Positions 33,304-43,528 of a stretch of 64,000 bases of DNA are shown one piece after another. The notes beneath the pieces are model-generated. The model saw only the letters and a program-made list of their open reading frames with translations. It had not been told where the DNA came from and made no database searches. This DNA comes from Gammaproteobacteria bacterium. Lineage in GTDB: Bacteria > Pseudomonadota > Gammaproteobacteria > G965277405. Location: positions 864,001-928,000 of the forward strand of contig OZ255726.1 in the NCBI GenBank assembly GCA_965277405.1. The letters are read 5' to 3'. The stretch's first letter is position 1; every line of letters begins with the position of its first letter. Position numbers and translations under genes: made by a program.

Positions 33304-34224
33304 ATGATACAGCAGCGCACACTCAGAACATCCATCAATGCAAAAGGCATTGGTTTGCATTCTGGTGTTCCAGTTATGATGAAGTTACGCCCTGCACCAG
33401 TCAACACTGGGATTATCATCATTCGCACAGATCTGCAAGATAAACCACACATTCATGCAACGGCTACGAATGTCTGCGAAACAGTAATGTGTACTAAACT
33501 CGGCGCTAGCGGTGATACTGGCGTTACAGTTGCAACTGTAGAGCATCTCCTCTCGGCTTTTGCAGGACTTGGAATTGACAATGCGTATGTCGATGTAAAT
33601 GCTGGAGAAATCCCTATAATGGACGGCAGTTCTAGCCAGTTTGTTTTTTTAATTCAATCAGCAGGAATACAGGAACAGCAAGAAAATCGTACTTTTGTAC
33701 GCATCTTGAAAGAGATCAAGATTGACCAAGGCGATCGTTGGGTCAGTCTTAAGCCATTTGAAGGGTTTCTCTTAAAGTTTTCTATTGGCTTTGATCACCC
33801 TTTTTTTGCGAACAAAACATTATCCCAAGTATTCAATTTTTCTAGCACTTCGTACCTGCGTGAATGTATGCGTTCCAGAACATTTGGCTTTCAAAAAGAT
33901 ATTGACTATTTAAAATCAAAAAAACTTGCAATGGGTGGCAGTGAAAAAAATGCCATCGTTATCGGTGATAAAGGTGTAATAAACCCAAAAGGGCTGCGCC
34001 GTAACAACGAACTGATAATGCATAAAATTCTAGATGCTATTGGTGACTTATATCTGCTTGGCCACTTTATCATTGGCAAATTTGAAGGGTTTAAATCAGG
34101 TCATGCCTTAAACAATTTATTACTACGAAAACTACTTGAATCTCCTGACAGTTGGGAGTTTTATCAACCTCCGCCAAACACTGCAATGCCAAGTTACTTT
34201 GCTAAAACAGAAGAAACCGAATAA
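33304..34224 (+). CDS. lpxC: UDP-3-O-acyl-N-acetylglucosamine deacetylase
   Basis: QRTL, GIGLHSG, TVEHLLSA, PIMDGSS, HKILDAIGDL, KSGHALN. Confidence 0.97.
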   Translation: MIQQRTLRTSINAKGIGLHSGVPVMMKLRPAPVNTGIIIIRTDLQDKPHIHATATNVCETVMCTKLGASGDTGVTVATVEHLLSAFAGLGIDNAYVDVNAGEIPIMDGSSSQFVFLIQSAGIQEQQENRTFVRILKEIKIDQGDRWVSLKPFEGFLLKFSIGFDHPFFANKTLSQVFNFSSTSYLRECMRSRTFGFQKDIDYLKSKKLAMGGSEKNAIVIGDKGVINPKGLRRNNELIMHKILDAIGDLYLLGHFIIGKFEGFKSGHALNNLLLRKLLESPDSWEFYQPPPNTAMPSYFAKTEETE

Positions 34225-35582
34225 TTAACCAATTGCTTTTCATATTGTAACAACTCCTTGTATAACGCCCCATCAGCATCAAGCTCCTCTAATTCTGTAC
34301 GAAACGTGTGTAACCGCGTATGAATTGATTGTTTTTGCCATGTATCAAAGCGTACTCGCTCAATTTCGCTCATTGTTGCTGGTGCGTATCTGCATTTCAG
34401 CCGATTAAATAACTCTGGTAATCGTGAATCACGAAACTCGCATTGCTGCCATTGTGCAATAGGCTGTTGATGTAACGCTGCAGCTTTGAGCATATCCTGT
34501 TTGTTAAAAAACCCATTGTATAATTGTTCTTCAACATCATCAAGCCCTGTTGACCCAACACTAATTTCAGTACGTGACATCACTTGAAGAATTTTTTCAT
34601 GCAATCGATGTCGTTTTAACACCTCGTAATGTGCAAAGCATTCCTTTACATCTATTCCTAGCTGTATGGCGCGATCCTCGCCCAACAACTTTGCAGGCAT
34701 CACCATCGGACTGCGGTTCAAATGCATACCCTTAATGCGAATGGCAGGGGCGCCATCTTGCTGGCGCGACAGCAACGCACGTAATTCCTCAATTGTCGAT
34801 TGAATAATTAATTGTGGATCACAACTTAAATCAATAACATAGCAACAATTTTGATTATCAGGATCAAACACTATTGGCAGCACAATTGCAGCGCATCCAT
34901 GCGCTGCTGGAAACATTCCTGATATATGCAGCACTGGCTTGCCGATAACTATCTGCATTGCAACTGCATGCTTATTCCGCAATTGTAGCGCAAAAGAAAA
35001 TAGCTTAGGTTGGCGGGTTTGTACTATTTTCATTAGGGCAATCGTCGCATGAACATCCGCCAAAGCATCATGGGCATTGTGTGAAATATCATTGGCAGCT
35101 GTCAAATGCTCTAGGCGAAATGTTGGTATTCCATCAATAAGCTGCCATTGTAATGTTTTTGGACGAATTGCATACACCAACCGCAACACATCAAGCACGT
35201 CCCAGCGGCTATTTCCATTTTGATAATGCCACGTATATGGTTCATATAAATTTCGATAACAGGCATACCGAATAAACTGATCATCAAAGCGTGCAGAATT
35301 AAAACCAACAATGCACGTAGGGGTTTTGGTAAAACACGCATGGATATCTGTAATAAACTGATACTCATTAACCCCATGTTCGCTTGCTAGTTGCGGGGTA
35401 ATATGCGTGACCATCACAGCTTGTGGATGGATTACTTTTTCTAATGGAGGCTTACAATACCAAGGTCCATACGTTTCTATAAGCTGCAACTCGTCATCGG
35501 TACGGACACCTGCAAACTGTGCAATTGCATCTTGCGCAGGATTCAGTCCAAATGTTTCAAGGTCATACCAAACGAACTCCAT
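34194..35582 (-). CDS. sbcB: Exodeoxyribonuclease I
   Basis: WYDLETFG, QFAGVRTD, GFNSARFDD, NSRWDVLD, FRLEHLT, AHDALADV. Confidence 0.95.
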   Translation of the reverse strand: MEFVWYDLETFGLNPAQDAIAQFAGVRTDDELQLIETYGPWYCKPPLEKVIHPQAVMVTHITPQLASEHGVNEYQFITDIHACFTKTPTCIVGFNSARFDDQFIRYACYRNLYEPYTWHYQNGNSRWDVLDVLRLVYAIRPKTLQWQLIDGIPTFRLEHLTAANDISHNAHDALADVHATIALMKIVQTRQPKLFSFALQLRNKHAVAMQIVIGKPVLHISGMFPAAHGCAAIVLPIVFDPDNQNCCYVIDLSCDPQLIIQSTIEELRALLSRQQDGAPAIRIKGMHLNRSPMVMPAKLLGEDRAIQLGIDVKECFAHYEVLKRHRLHEKILQVMSRTEISVGSTGLDDVEEQLYNGFFNKQDMLKAAALHQQPIAQWQQCEFRDSRLPELFNRLKCRYAPATMSEIERVRFDTWQKQSIHTRLHTFRTELEELDADGALYKELLQYEKQLVNYSVSSVLAK

Positions 35583-35649
35583 ACTTGCCCAATTTCCTCT
35601 AATATTAAAATGGTATTAGATTAAACTGTAAAAGATAAATAATGTCAAA

Positions 35650-35677
35650 TTGACACCGTGGAATTGCTGCCTATTAT
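35650..35677 (+). promoter_or_regulatory. Sigma70 promoter of tRNA-Ser
   Basis: TTGACA-16 bp-TATTAT ending 9 bp before the tRNA. Confidence 0.7.
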
Positions 35678-35686
35678 GCCAGTATT

Positions 35687-35776
35687 GGAGGGATGGCAGA
35701 GCGGTTGAATGCACTGGTCTTGAAAACCAGCAAGGGTTAACACCCTTCCAGGGTTCGAATCCCTGTCCCTCCGCCA
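35687..35776 (+). tRNA. tRNA-Ser (anticodon TGA)
   Basis: GGAGGGA acceptor stem, anticodon arm CTGGT-CTTGAAA-ACCAG, long variable arm, GGTTCGAATCC, encoded CCA. Confidence 0.97.
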
Positions 35777-35868
35777 TTGCTGTCAAACTCCACCACTTTT
35801 TTGGGTTGATGAAGCAGTTATTTCATGAAACTCTGATTCAATGTGGCGTAACAACAAAGAATTGTAAT

Positions 35869-36819
35869 ATGGCTCAAAAAATTATAATTGATACAGATCC
35901 AGGGCAGGATGACGCCGTTGCTTTGCTGCTGGCACTCGCTTCACCAGAAAATGTTGATGTTTTGGGGGTTGTTGCTGTAGCTGGCAATGTCGGTTTGGCA
36001 CAAAACGCGCAAAACGCCTTAAAAATTGTCGAGTTGAGCGGGAGAGTGGATGTGCCTGTATTTGCTGGTTCCTCTGCCCCGCTACAACGCCGGCCGGTGA
36101 CTGCCGAGCATGTGCATGGTGATACGGGTTTGAACGGTGCTGATCTGCCAGCTCCTCAAATCAAGCTGCAGGAACAAGACGGTGTGGATTTTATTATCGG
36201 CACCATCTTAGCCAATGCAGCCAACAGTGTTACTTTGTGTGCTCTGGGGCCGCTGACCAACATCGCTGTGGCGCTAACGCGGCAACCTAAAATTGCCAAC
36301 CGTATTCAAAAAATCGTGTTGATGGGTGGCGCCTATTTCCAAGTCGGCAACATTACCCCGGCTGCGGAATTTAATATCTATGTGGACCCTGAAGCTGCGG
36401 ATATTGTGTTCCGTTCTGGCGTGCCGATTGTCGTAGCTTCACTCGATGTTACCCACAAAGTTTTGACTAGTAAAAGGCGGCTGCTGAGGATTGCGAACAT
36501 TGGTAACGCATGCAGTGATGCCGTCGTAAAAATGCTCAAATTTTCCGCTCAGTTTGACTTGAAAAAATACGGCTGGGACGGCGCGCCGTTGCACGACCCG
36601 TGTGTGATTGCCTATTTGATCAAGCCCGAACTGTTTGTGGGACGGATGATCAATGTCTCCATTGAAACGCAAAGCGAATTAACGCGTGGGATGAGTGTTG
36701 CCGATTTTTGGAGCGTTATGGACCAAGCTGACTATCCAGCGAATGCCAAGTTTTTATCTGATGTCGATGCCAACGGGTTGTATGACCTGTTGTGCGCACG
36801 ACTGGCGCGGCTACCGTAA
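35869..36819 (+). CDS. Inosine-uridine-preferring nucleoside hydrolase (Rih family)
   Basis: IIIDTDPGQDD, VHGDTGL, LGPLTN, GNITPAAEFNIYVDPEAA, PLHDP; start at ATG 35869. Confidence 0.93.
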   Translation: MAQKIIIDTDPGQDDAVALLLALASPENVDVLGVVAVAGNVGLAQNAQNALKIVELSGRVDVPVFAGSSAPLQRRPVTAEHVHGDTGLNGADLPAPQIKLQEQDGVDFIIGTILANAANSVTLCALGPLTNIAVALTRQPKIANRIQKIVLMGGAYFQVGNITPAAEFNIYVDPEAADIVFRSGVPIVVASLDVTHKVLTSKRRLLRIANIGNACSDAVVKMLKFSAQFDLKKYGWDGAPLHDPCVIAYLIKPELFVGRMINVSIETQSELTRGMSVADFWSVMDQADYPANAKFLSDVDANGLYDLLCARLARLP

Positions 36820-36994
36820 ATTTTTACCAGACATAATTTTTACTAGACATATATGCTGATAAGAATTATTAAGGGATAACATATAGCTGTTTTCTTTGTT
36901 GTGACAAAGGATTATTGCTGTCATCCCTTACTTAAATTTTCACAATAACAAGTGATTGTAATGCTGTCCTGCTGGTTGCTGTAGGCATCAAGAA

Positions 36995-37417
36995 CTAATT
37001 GACAGTAGTTGTGATTTCAATATTTCCTCGCGTTGCATTTGAATATGGGCAGACTTGGTGCGCGTCTTCCACAAGTTTTTCAGCAATATTTTGTTCCATG
37101 TCGGGCACACTGACCAATAATTCTACAGCAATAGCAAAGCCAACCCCTGTAACGTTTTCACCAATACCTACATGCGCAGTAGCGCTTACATTGTCACTGA
37201 TAGCGAGTTTTTGTTCCTTTGCTACATGTTGCATTGCTCCGATAAAACAAGCAGAATATCCTGCGGCAAAAAGCTGTTCTGGGTTAGTGCCGTTTCCTCC
37301 AGTGCCGCCAAGCTCCTTTGGCACACTCAATGAAACAGCTAATTTGTTATCATCACTGGCTGATGTTCCTTCTCGCCCGCCAGTTGATGTGGCTCGTGCT
37401 GTATATATATTTTGCAT
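36995..37417 (-). CDS. ohr: Organic hydroperoxide resistance protein
   Basis: TGGREG, GTNPEQLFAAGYSACF, AHQVCPYSNATRGNI; AAGGA RBS. Confidence 0.96.
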   Translation of the reverse strand: MQNIYTARATSTGGREGTSASDDNKLAVSLSVPKELGGTGGNGTNPEQLFAAGYSACFIGAMQHVAKEQKLAISDNVSATAHVGIGENVTGVGFAIAVELLVSVPDMEQNIAEKLVEDAHQVCPYSNATRGNIEITTTVN

Positions 37418-37451
37418 GTAATTTCCTTTTCCTTAGGTTGTAACAGATAGT

Positions 37452-37479
37452 ATTCAGTCAATGATATGTTTGACTGAAT
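37452..37479. promoter_or_regulatory. Inverted repeat upstream of ohr, candidate operator
   Basis: ATTCAGTCAA-8 bp-TTGACTGAAT perfect 10-bp arms, 34 bp upstream of the ohr start. Confidence 0.55.
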
Positions 37480-37491
37480 GATTCGGCTTAG

Positions 37492-37774
37492 TGAAGCTCT
37501 GATTAATTCCATGATGGGCGAGACGGAGAAAAAACGCTGATGATAACTAGACGCAGCACTTGATAATACTGGTGGTATTATCAAGTGCTGCAACGACGTT
37601 AGCGCAGCGTTTTTTCCCGTCCTTCTGTTGAATATACAACGGTTTGATGGTAGCGGTACTTGCTGTGTTGCATCCCTTGGCGTATATGCTATGGCATGCG
37701 CCTGCGGAATGCGCCTTGCAATCATCAGCAATTGCCATCAAACTCGCCCCATCAGCGACTTAATCAGAGCTTCC
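37492..37774. mobile_element. MITE copy 3 with perfect TTAG target duplication
   Basis: TTAG|TGAAGCTCTGATTAATTCC...GACTTAATCAGAGCTTCC|TTAG. Confidence 0.93.
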
Positions 37775-38123
37775 TTAGGCTATGATACTAGTAACTAGGA
37801 GCATTATTTCAAGTAATCAGAACTGCTTTGGCGAGGAATTGCTAATTATGATACTGATGTGTTGCTATTGCTATAAAAGTGTTAGCATGCTGTATTGTGA
37901 GAGTGGGCACAGTAACATTCACAATCCATCAATAAATAAGACGAAAGTTTTTTGATGAACTGTGATAGATTGCTCACTGTTAGTCGTCGTAGATAATATA
38001 AGTATGGGCTATGCGCAGGCTTGTGGGTGTTTCTACCTGAGTTATTCCCACAAACAGTTTTAGAAAATTTTACGATTCATTATATTTATGTACCAAAGAA
38101 AACCAATGTCCTTTGCCAATAAT

Positions 38124-39440
38124 ATGCGTATCAACAAGCTGTGTATTCAAACGATTATTGCGTTGACGGTGATGGTGTTTGGGCATGGAGTTTATGCGGA
38201 AGATAATGCCATCACAATTCAAATTTCTAAAGGCATTGTCGCACCAGTTACTATGGCAATTTCTCCATTTTTTCGTGCTGCAGGCATTGATGCGAATATT
38301 AATGTGGTTGATGTCATCAGGCAAGATATGCGCTTAAGTGGCGAGATTGTGGTATTGCCAGCGAATAAGTATTTAAGTTTGCCAAGCCGCGCTGATGAAG
38401 TGTTTTGGAGCGATTGGGAGAATATTGATGCAGAGTATTTATTGATTGGTCGTGTCCGCAAAGACGGAGCCAACCATCGCGTAGAATATGAATTATTCGA
38501 TGTTTTTGGTCGGCGTACAATCGGCGACGAGTATTTAATTTTTACCAAAAAAAATGTTCGGTCGGTCGGTCATTTGATTTCTGATTATATCTATAAAGAA
38601 ATCACTGGGCTACCAGGAGTGTATTCAACAAAATTGGCATATGTGCTAATTGATGGGAAACGAGAGACTCACCCAACATTCCTTTTGCAGATTTCCGACT
38701 ATGACGGCAAACGTGCCCAGACTATTTTAAAATCAAAACAGCCAATTATTTCGCCAACGTGGGCTCCCAATGGCTATGACATTGCGTATGTGTCGTATGA
38801 GCGCGGTCAGTCAAATATTTTTAGCCAAAACGTGCGCACAGGAAAGCGGCAGATCATTACTTGGTTTAAAGGCTTGAATAGTTCTCCAGCATGGTCGCCA
38901 GATGGCAAAAAACTTGCAATTGTGCTGTCCCGTGGTGCCAATGCAGATATTTATTTATATACCTTTGCCAACAAAAAATTTACCCGATTGACGAAGCATC
39001 TGGGGATTGATACGGAGCCTAGTTGGTCGGCAGATAGCAACACCTTGTTGTTTACCTCAGAACGTGCTGGCGGATCACCGCAGATTTTTAAATTGAATTT
39101 AACGAATAAAACTATTCACCAAATAACAAGCGAGGGTCAGTATGCAACCCATGCGCGCTACAGCAATGGCGGTCGTGCCATTGTATATATTAAGAAGATT
39201 GGCAATGTGTATAAATTAGTCCACCATAATTTAGCTACACGAGAAATAAAGCCGCTTGGCAATAGCCGCGATTATGATGAATCACCAAGCGTTTCTCCAA
39301 ATGGCAATAGAGTAATATTCTCAACAAAAATAAACGGGCGTAGTGTGTTAAAGATAGTCTCAGTAGACGGCACTGTTGAACATACACTGCCGTTTAAGAA
39401 AGGCGAAGTGCTTGACCCAGCTTGGTCTGGTTATCGATAA
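38124..39440 (+). CDS. tolB: Tol-Pal system beta-propeller protein TolB
   Basis: Signal peptide, ITGLPGVYSTKLAYV, ISDYDG, PD40 repeats (SPTWAPNG, SPAWSPDG, IDTEPSWS, DESPSVSPNG), ends DPAWS. Start could be 38088 or 38106. Confidence 0.93.
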   Translation: MRINKLCIQTIIALTVMVFGHGVYAEDNAITIQISKGIVAPVTMAISPFFRAAGIDANINVVDVIRQDMRLSGEIVVLPANKYLSLPSRADEVFWSDWENIDAEYLLIGRVRKDGANHRVEYELFDVFGRRTIGDEYLIFTKKNVRSVGHLISDYIYKEITGLPGVYSTKLAYVLIDGKRETHPTFLLQISDYDGKRAQTILKSKQPIISPTWAPNGYDIAYVSYERGQSNIFSQNVRTGKRQIITWFKGLNSSPAWSPDGKKLAIVLSRGANADIYLYTFANKKFTRLTKHLGIDTEPSWSADSNTLLFTSERAGGSPQIFKLNLTNKTIHQITSEGQYATHARYSNGGRAIVYIKKIGNVYKLVHHNLATREIKPLGNSRDYDESPSVSPNGNRVIFSTKINGRSVLKIVSVDGTVEHTLPFKKGEVLDPAWSGYR

Positions 39441-39467
39441 TAACTAGCGTGCAATACGCAAATAATA

Positions 39468-40619
39468 ATGACCGCAACACTGCGCCCAGTCCGCTTTATC
39501 ACCATTGGTTCTGCGATGATAGATATCATTGCGTTGATTGGTAAAGATGACATAGAAAAAGTATCGTTTACTAACGCAATAACAGCTTTTCTATTGGTTG
39601 AACCAGGCCGAAAAATAGAAGCAAAAAAAATATTTACCAATGTCGGGGGTGGTGCAATCAATACCGCTGTGTCAATGAAACGCCTCGGTGGTGATGGTGC
39701 GGCAATGGTGCGGATTGGTGATGATTTTGATGGCAAAAAAATAACGCAATTCCTAGAAAAACATGACATTGCTACACGGCTCATAATCACTGACGCAGCG
39801 CAGCAAACAGGCAGCGCTGTGTTGATTACAGCGCATGATTATAATAATGCTATCTATACCTATCGCGGTGCCAACACTGCATTTATTGCAGCAGAATTTG
39901 CCGCTAAAATTTTTTTAGATGTTGATGTGCTACATATTTGTCCGTTGAGTGGTCGATCTGCAAACCACCTACCAAGAATCATTCAGCAAGCGCGAGCGCA
40001 GCCAAATGTTTTTATTTCAGTGAATCCTGGAATTCGCCAAATGACAGCGCATGCTACTAAACTTTTTTCTCTTGTCGCTCAAATCAATCTGCTCGCGTGT
40101 AACGCGGTAGAGGCTGGAGTTTTAGCGCAGGCCATTGCTCATTTTCTGCATGAAGATATTAGCGAACACAGCATAAAAAAACGCCATGTTGATATCAATA
40201 CAGCATGCAAACTTTTGCATACAGGCGCCCCAGTCGGCACAACTGGCCAGACTATTGATGTGCTATGGTTGATGCAAGTGCTCCTCAAGCAAGGACTTGA
40301 ATATGGCTTGATAACCGATGGCAGCAACGGCGCGTATTTATACAGCAAAAGCGGTATTTGGTATCAACCATCGCTGCTGAGTAAGGGGATTCGCGGCACA
40401 GCAGGGGCGGGGGATGCGTATATATCCACAGTAGTATATTTATTGAACACAGGGCTAGCACCTGAGTTAGTTGTTGCGTATGCTGCCATGAATGCGGTCA
40501 ATGTTATCGAACATTTAGACACTCACTCTGGATTATCGTCGCTAGCAAACTTGCAATTACAACGTGATGAAAACACTCCATCGCCGCAGTTTATTTGTTT
40601 TACGCATACACCGGGTTAA
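39468..40619 (+). CDS. PfkB family carbohydrate kinase
   Basis: GGGAINTA, RIGDD, ITDGSNGA, GTAGAGDAY signature. Confidence 0.88.
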   Translation: MTATLRPVRFITIGSAMIDIIALIGKDDIEKVSFTNAITAFLLVEPGRKIEAKKIFTNVGGGAINTAVSMKRLGGDGAAMVRIGDDFDGKKITQFLEKHDIATRLIITDAAQQTGSAVLITAHDYNNAIYTYRGANTAFIAAEFAAKIFLDVDVLHICPLSGRSANHLPRIIQQARAQPNVFISVNPGIRQMTAHATKLFSLVAQINLLACNAVEAGVLAQAIAHFLHEDISEHSIKKRHVDINTACKLLHTGAPVGTTGQTIDVLWLMQVLLKQGLEYGLITDGSNGAYLYSKSGIWYQPSLLSKGIRGTAGAGDAYISTVVYLLNTGLAPELVVAYAAMNAVNVIEHLDTHSGLSSLANLQLQRDENTPSPQFICFTHTPG

Positions 40620-40623
40620 CGCT

Positions 40624-41919
40624 ATGACTACTGAATTGTTGTCGCCTGCAGGCACCCTCAAGCATTTGCAATATGCCATAGCATATGGCGCAGATGCAGT
40701 ATATGCTGGGCAGCCACGATATAGTTTACGCGTACGCAATAACTCATTTAATAAAATTGAACATATCAAAACAGGTATAGCAACCGCGCATGCCCAAGGA
40801 AAGTTATTTTTTTTAGCGAGCAATATTGCCGCGCATAATGACAAAGTTAAAACCTATATTCGCGACTTAGAGCCAATCATTGCCTGTCGTCCAGATGCGC
40901 TGATTATGTCTGATCCAGGGCTTATTATGCTGGTTCGTGAACGCTGGCCAGAGCAAGTCATCCATCTGTCAGTACAAAGCAATGTTGTCAATTACCAAGC
41001 GGTGACGTTCTGGCAGAACATCGGCGTGCAGCGCATTATTTTATCCCGTGAGTTATCGCTAGATGAGATTCGTGAAATCCGCCAACTATGCCCAGATATT
41101 GAATTAGAAGTATTTGTCCACGGTGCGCTGTGCATGGCGTATTCTGGTCGCTGCTTGTTGTCTGGATATTTTAATCATCGCGATGCAAATCAAGGCGCGT
41201 GCACCAATGCATGCCGTTGGAAATACGATACCTTTGCGACAAATAAAACAGCAAGTGGCGATTACGTGAAACAGCACGACCCCGTCGCTATCGAAGAAAA
41301 AACGCGTCCTGGTGAATACATGATTGCTGACGAAGATGAACACGGCACGTATATTATGAATTCAAAAGACCTGCGTGCCATCGAGCATGTCCACCAACTA
41401 TGCCGCATTGGTATAAATTCACTCAAAATTGAAGGGCGGACAAAGTCGTATTATTATGTAGCAAGAACCGCACAATTATACCGACGAGCAATCCACGCCG
41501 CTGAACAAGGTATCCCGTTCGACCCACAATGGCTATTCGAATTAGACAAACTGGCGAATCGTGGTTATACAGAAGGTTTTTACCGCAGGCACACCCCAGC
41601 AGATGAGTTGCAAAACTACGAACAGGGTAGTTCGCAAAACTTTAACCAGCAATTTGTTGGTGAAATTACTGATGTCATGGAAAAAGAATTGACGATTGAA
41701 GTCAAAAATAAGTTTGTTGTCGGCGACACATTAGAAGTCATCTCACCTACAGGCAATCATCAATTTGTGCTGGATTCAATGCGCGATAAAAACGGCATCG
41801 CCACAACTGCAGCGCTCGGCTCTGGGCATTTGGTGACTATTCCAAATCCAACAGGAATTGCTGATATACAATATGGCTTATTAGCGTGTAATCGTAACAA
41901 AATGGAACAGGCAGCATGA
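40624..41919 (+). CDS. trhP: Prephenate-dependent tRNA U34 hydroxylase TrhP (YegQ, U32 family)
   Basis: ELLSPAG, YGADAVYAGQPRYSLR, HGALCMAYSGRC, QGACTNACRW, GTYIMNSKDL, SLKIEGR. Confidence 0.93.
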   Translation: MTTELLSPAGTLKHLQYAIAYGADAVYAGQPRYSLRVRNNSFNKIEHIKTGIATAHAQGKLFFLASNIAAHNDKVKTYIRDLEPIIACRPDALIMSDPGLIMLVRERWPEQVIHLSVQSNVVNYQAVTFWQNIGVQRIILSRELSLDEIREIRQLCPDIELEVFVHGALCMAYSGRCLLSGYFNHRDANQGACTNACRWKYDTFATNKTASGDYVKQHDPVAIEEKTRPGEYMIADEDEHGTYIMNSKDLRAIEHVHQLCRIGINSLKIEGRTKSYYYVARTAQLYRRAIHAAEQGIPFDPQWLFELDKLANRGYTEGFYRRHTPADELQNYEQGSSQNFNQQFVGEITDVMEKELTIEVKNKFVVGDTLEVISPTGNHQFVLDSMRDKNGIATTAALGSGHLVTIPNPTGIADIQYGLLACNRNKMEQAA

Positions 41920-42287
41920 GCAACAGACAACAACCAACTCCGCGCAGTGAGCGCCGCGAAAAAATCGCCAGTTTGATACAAAAAACACTCGCTCCATTGC
42001 TGCAACAATCGCATATTATTGGCATTGAATTGTTGAGTATTCATTATGTGCGGATGAATAAAGATTTAAGCATTGCAACTGTATATGTCGATAGTTTTGA
42101 TCTCGATAAAGATATGGCAGTGGTATGTAAGCAATTGAACGCACACAGTTATGTGTTGCGCCGACAATTAGCGACTCGCGTGGCGCTAAGACGCATACCT
42201 GAACTACGCTTTGCTATTGACGCATCGCTGACGCGTGGTAATCGAATTGAGAGTATTATCGACAACTACCAAGCGTTGCAAGAGTGA
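41916..42287 (+). CDS. rbfA: Ribosome-binding factor A
   Basis: DLSIATVYV, LRRIPELRF; upstream of truB. Confidence 0.9.
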   Translation: MSNRQQPTPRSERREKIASLIQKTLAPLLQQSHIIGIELLSIHYVRMNKDLSIATVYVDSFDLDKDMAVVCKQLNAHSYVLRRQLATRVALRRIPELRFAIDASLTRGNRIESIIDNYQALQE

Positions 42288-43198
42288 ATGGCTTTATTTG
42301 TGTAGACAAACCACAAGGATGCACCTCAAGCCAAGTAGTCGTCAAAATTAAGCGCTTGTTACGCAATTTTGACCCCATCCAACACCGAAAAATAAAAGTC
42401 GGCCACACTGGGACGCTTGACCCCATGGCAACTGGCGTGTTACTAGTGGCAATTGGCAAAGCCACCGTGCTCAGTGATTTTTTTTTGCATGGCGAGAAAA
42501 CCTATCGAGCGATACTGCAGCTAGGTTGCGCAACAACGACTGGAGACAGCGAGGGCGCAGTCATGCAGCGACAAATAATACCGCCGTACGATCTGCAAAT
42601 ACTCCAAAATATCGCGCAACAACTGCAAGGGACACAACAGCAAATTCCGCCGATGTATTCGGCCTTAAAACATAATGGCAAGCCGCTGTATGTATACGCA
42701 CGAGCAGGTGAAACTATTCCTCGCAAACCTAGACAAATCACTGTACACCATCTTGAGATACAGCCAGGGGTGAATACACACACCATAGCCATTACCGTGC
42801 ATTGTTCAGGGGGAACCTATGTGCGGGCATTGGCAGAAACCATTGCGCATAATATTGGCACATGTGGTCATTTAACGGCATTGCGGCGTATTAAAAGCGG
42901 TAATATTAGTATCAAGCAAGCATATTCAATTGATTATGTCGCCAAGCAAATTGCAGCGGGAATGGTGGATGACTTGCTGATGCCGATGAATATAATTACA
43001 CAATACATCCCTTGTATTAAAGCGGATAAACACCAGTTAGCACCAATTGCAAAAGGGCAGGCGATTACCATTCCAAATAAAATATCGCATGGTAGAGTAG
43101 CGCTGATTTTGCAACCAGAGAACGAAGTGGTTGCGTTATGTGACAACAAGGCGGATGGGATTTTTCCCAAACGCCTACTTCAACCGGAATTGCTGTAA
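42284..43198 (+). CDS. truB: tRNA pseudouridine(55) synthase
   Basis: DKPQG.TS, KVGHTGTLDPMATG, QIPPMYSALK, CSGGTYVR. Confidence 0.96.
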   Translation: MNGFICVDKPQGCTSSQVVVKIKRLLRNFDPIQHRKIKVGHTGTLDPMATGVLLVAIGKATVLSDFFLHGEKTYRAILQLGCATTTGDSEGAVMQRQIIPPYDLQILQNIAQQLQGTQQQIPPMYSALKHNGKPLYVYARAGETIPRKPRQITVHHLEIQPGVNTHTIAITVHCSGGTYVRALAETIAHNIGTCGHLTALRRIKSGNISIKQAYSIDYVAKQIAAGMVDDLLMPMNIITQYIPCIKADKHQLAPIAKGQAITIPNKISHGRVALILQPENEVVALCDNKADGIFPKRLLQPELL

Positions 43199-43248
43199 AT
43201 ATGCATGGTAATGATGGTTTTTTTGGAAAGCATATTTAGGAGATAACA

Positions 43249-43518
43249 ATGGCACTTTCGTTTGAAGAAAAACGCGAAATTGTTGAACAATACGGTAAAA
43301 CCGCAACAGATACTGGCTCGTCCAAAGTGCAAATAGCTTTGCTAACTGCAGACATTAATAAACTGCAGGACCATTTTAAAAGACAAGGCAAAGATCACCA
43401 TTCTCGTCGTGGACTGATTCGCAAAGTAAATCAAAGACGAAAACTACTGCAATACCTGAAAAACTCAAGCATCCAAGCGTATGGCGAAATTATCCGCGCA
43501 CTTGGACTACGCCGCTAG
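43249..43518 (+). CDS. rpsO: 30S ribosomal protein S15
   Basis: [27 protein letters not shown]; AGGAG RBS. Confidence 0.98.
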   Translation: MALSFEEKREIVEQYGKTATDTGSSKVQIALLTADINKLQDHFKRQGKDHHSRRGLIRKVNQRRKLLQYLKNSSIQAYGEIIRALGLRR

Positions 43519-43528
43519 GACATACAAC

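Noticed and set aside
35650-35868. N-terminal extensions in the ORF track (nucleoside hydrolase through tRNA-Ser; also infA from 11907, rnc from 14933, cofG from 27762)
   Set aside because: They overlap a tRNA, promoter or neighbouring gene; family homology begins at downstream ATGs.
36999-37421. 140-aa ORF antisense to ohr, and similar shadow ORFs opposite exbB, pnp, acs, hydA and cof genes
   Set aside because: Antisense shadows of well-supported genes with no motifs of their own.
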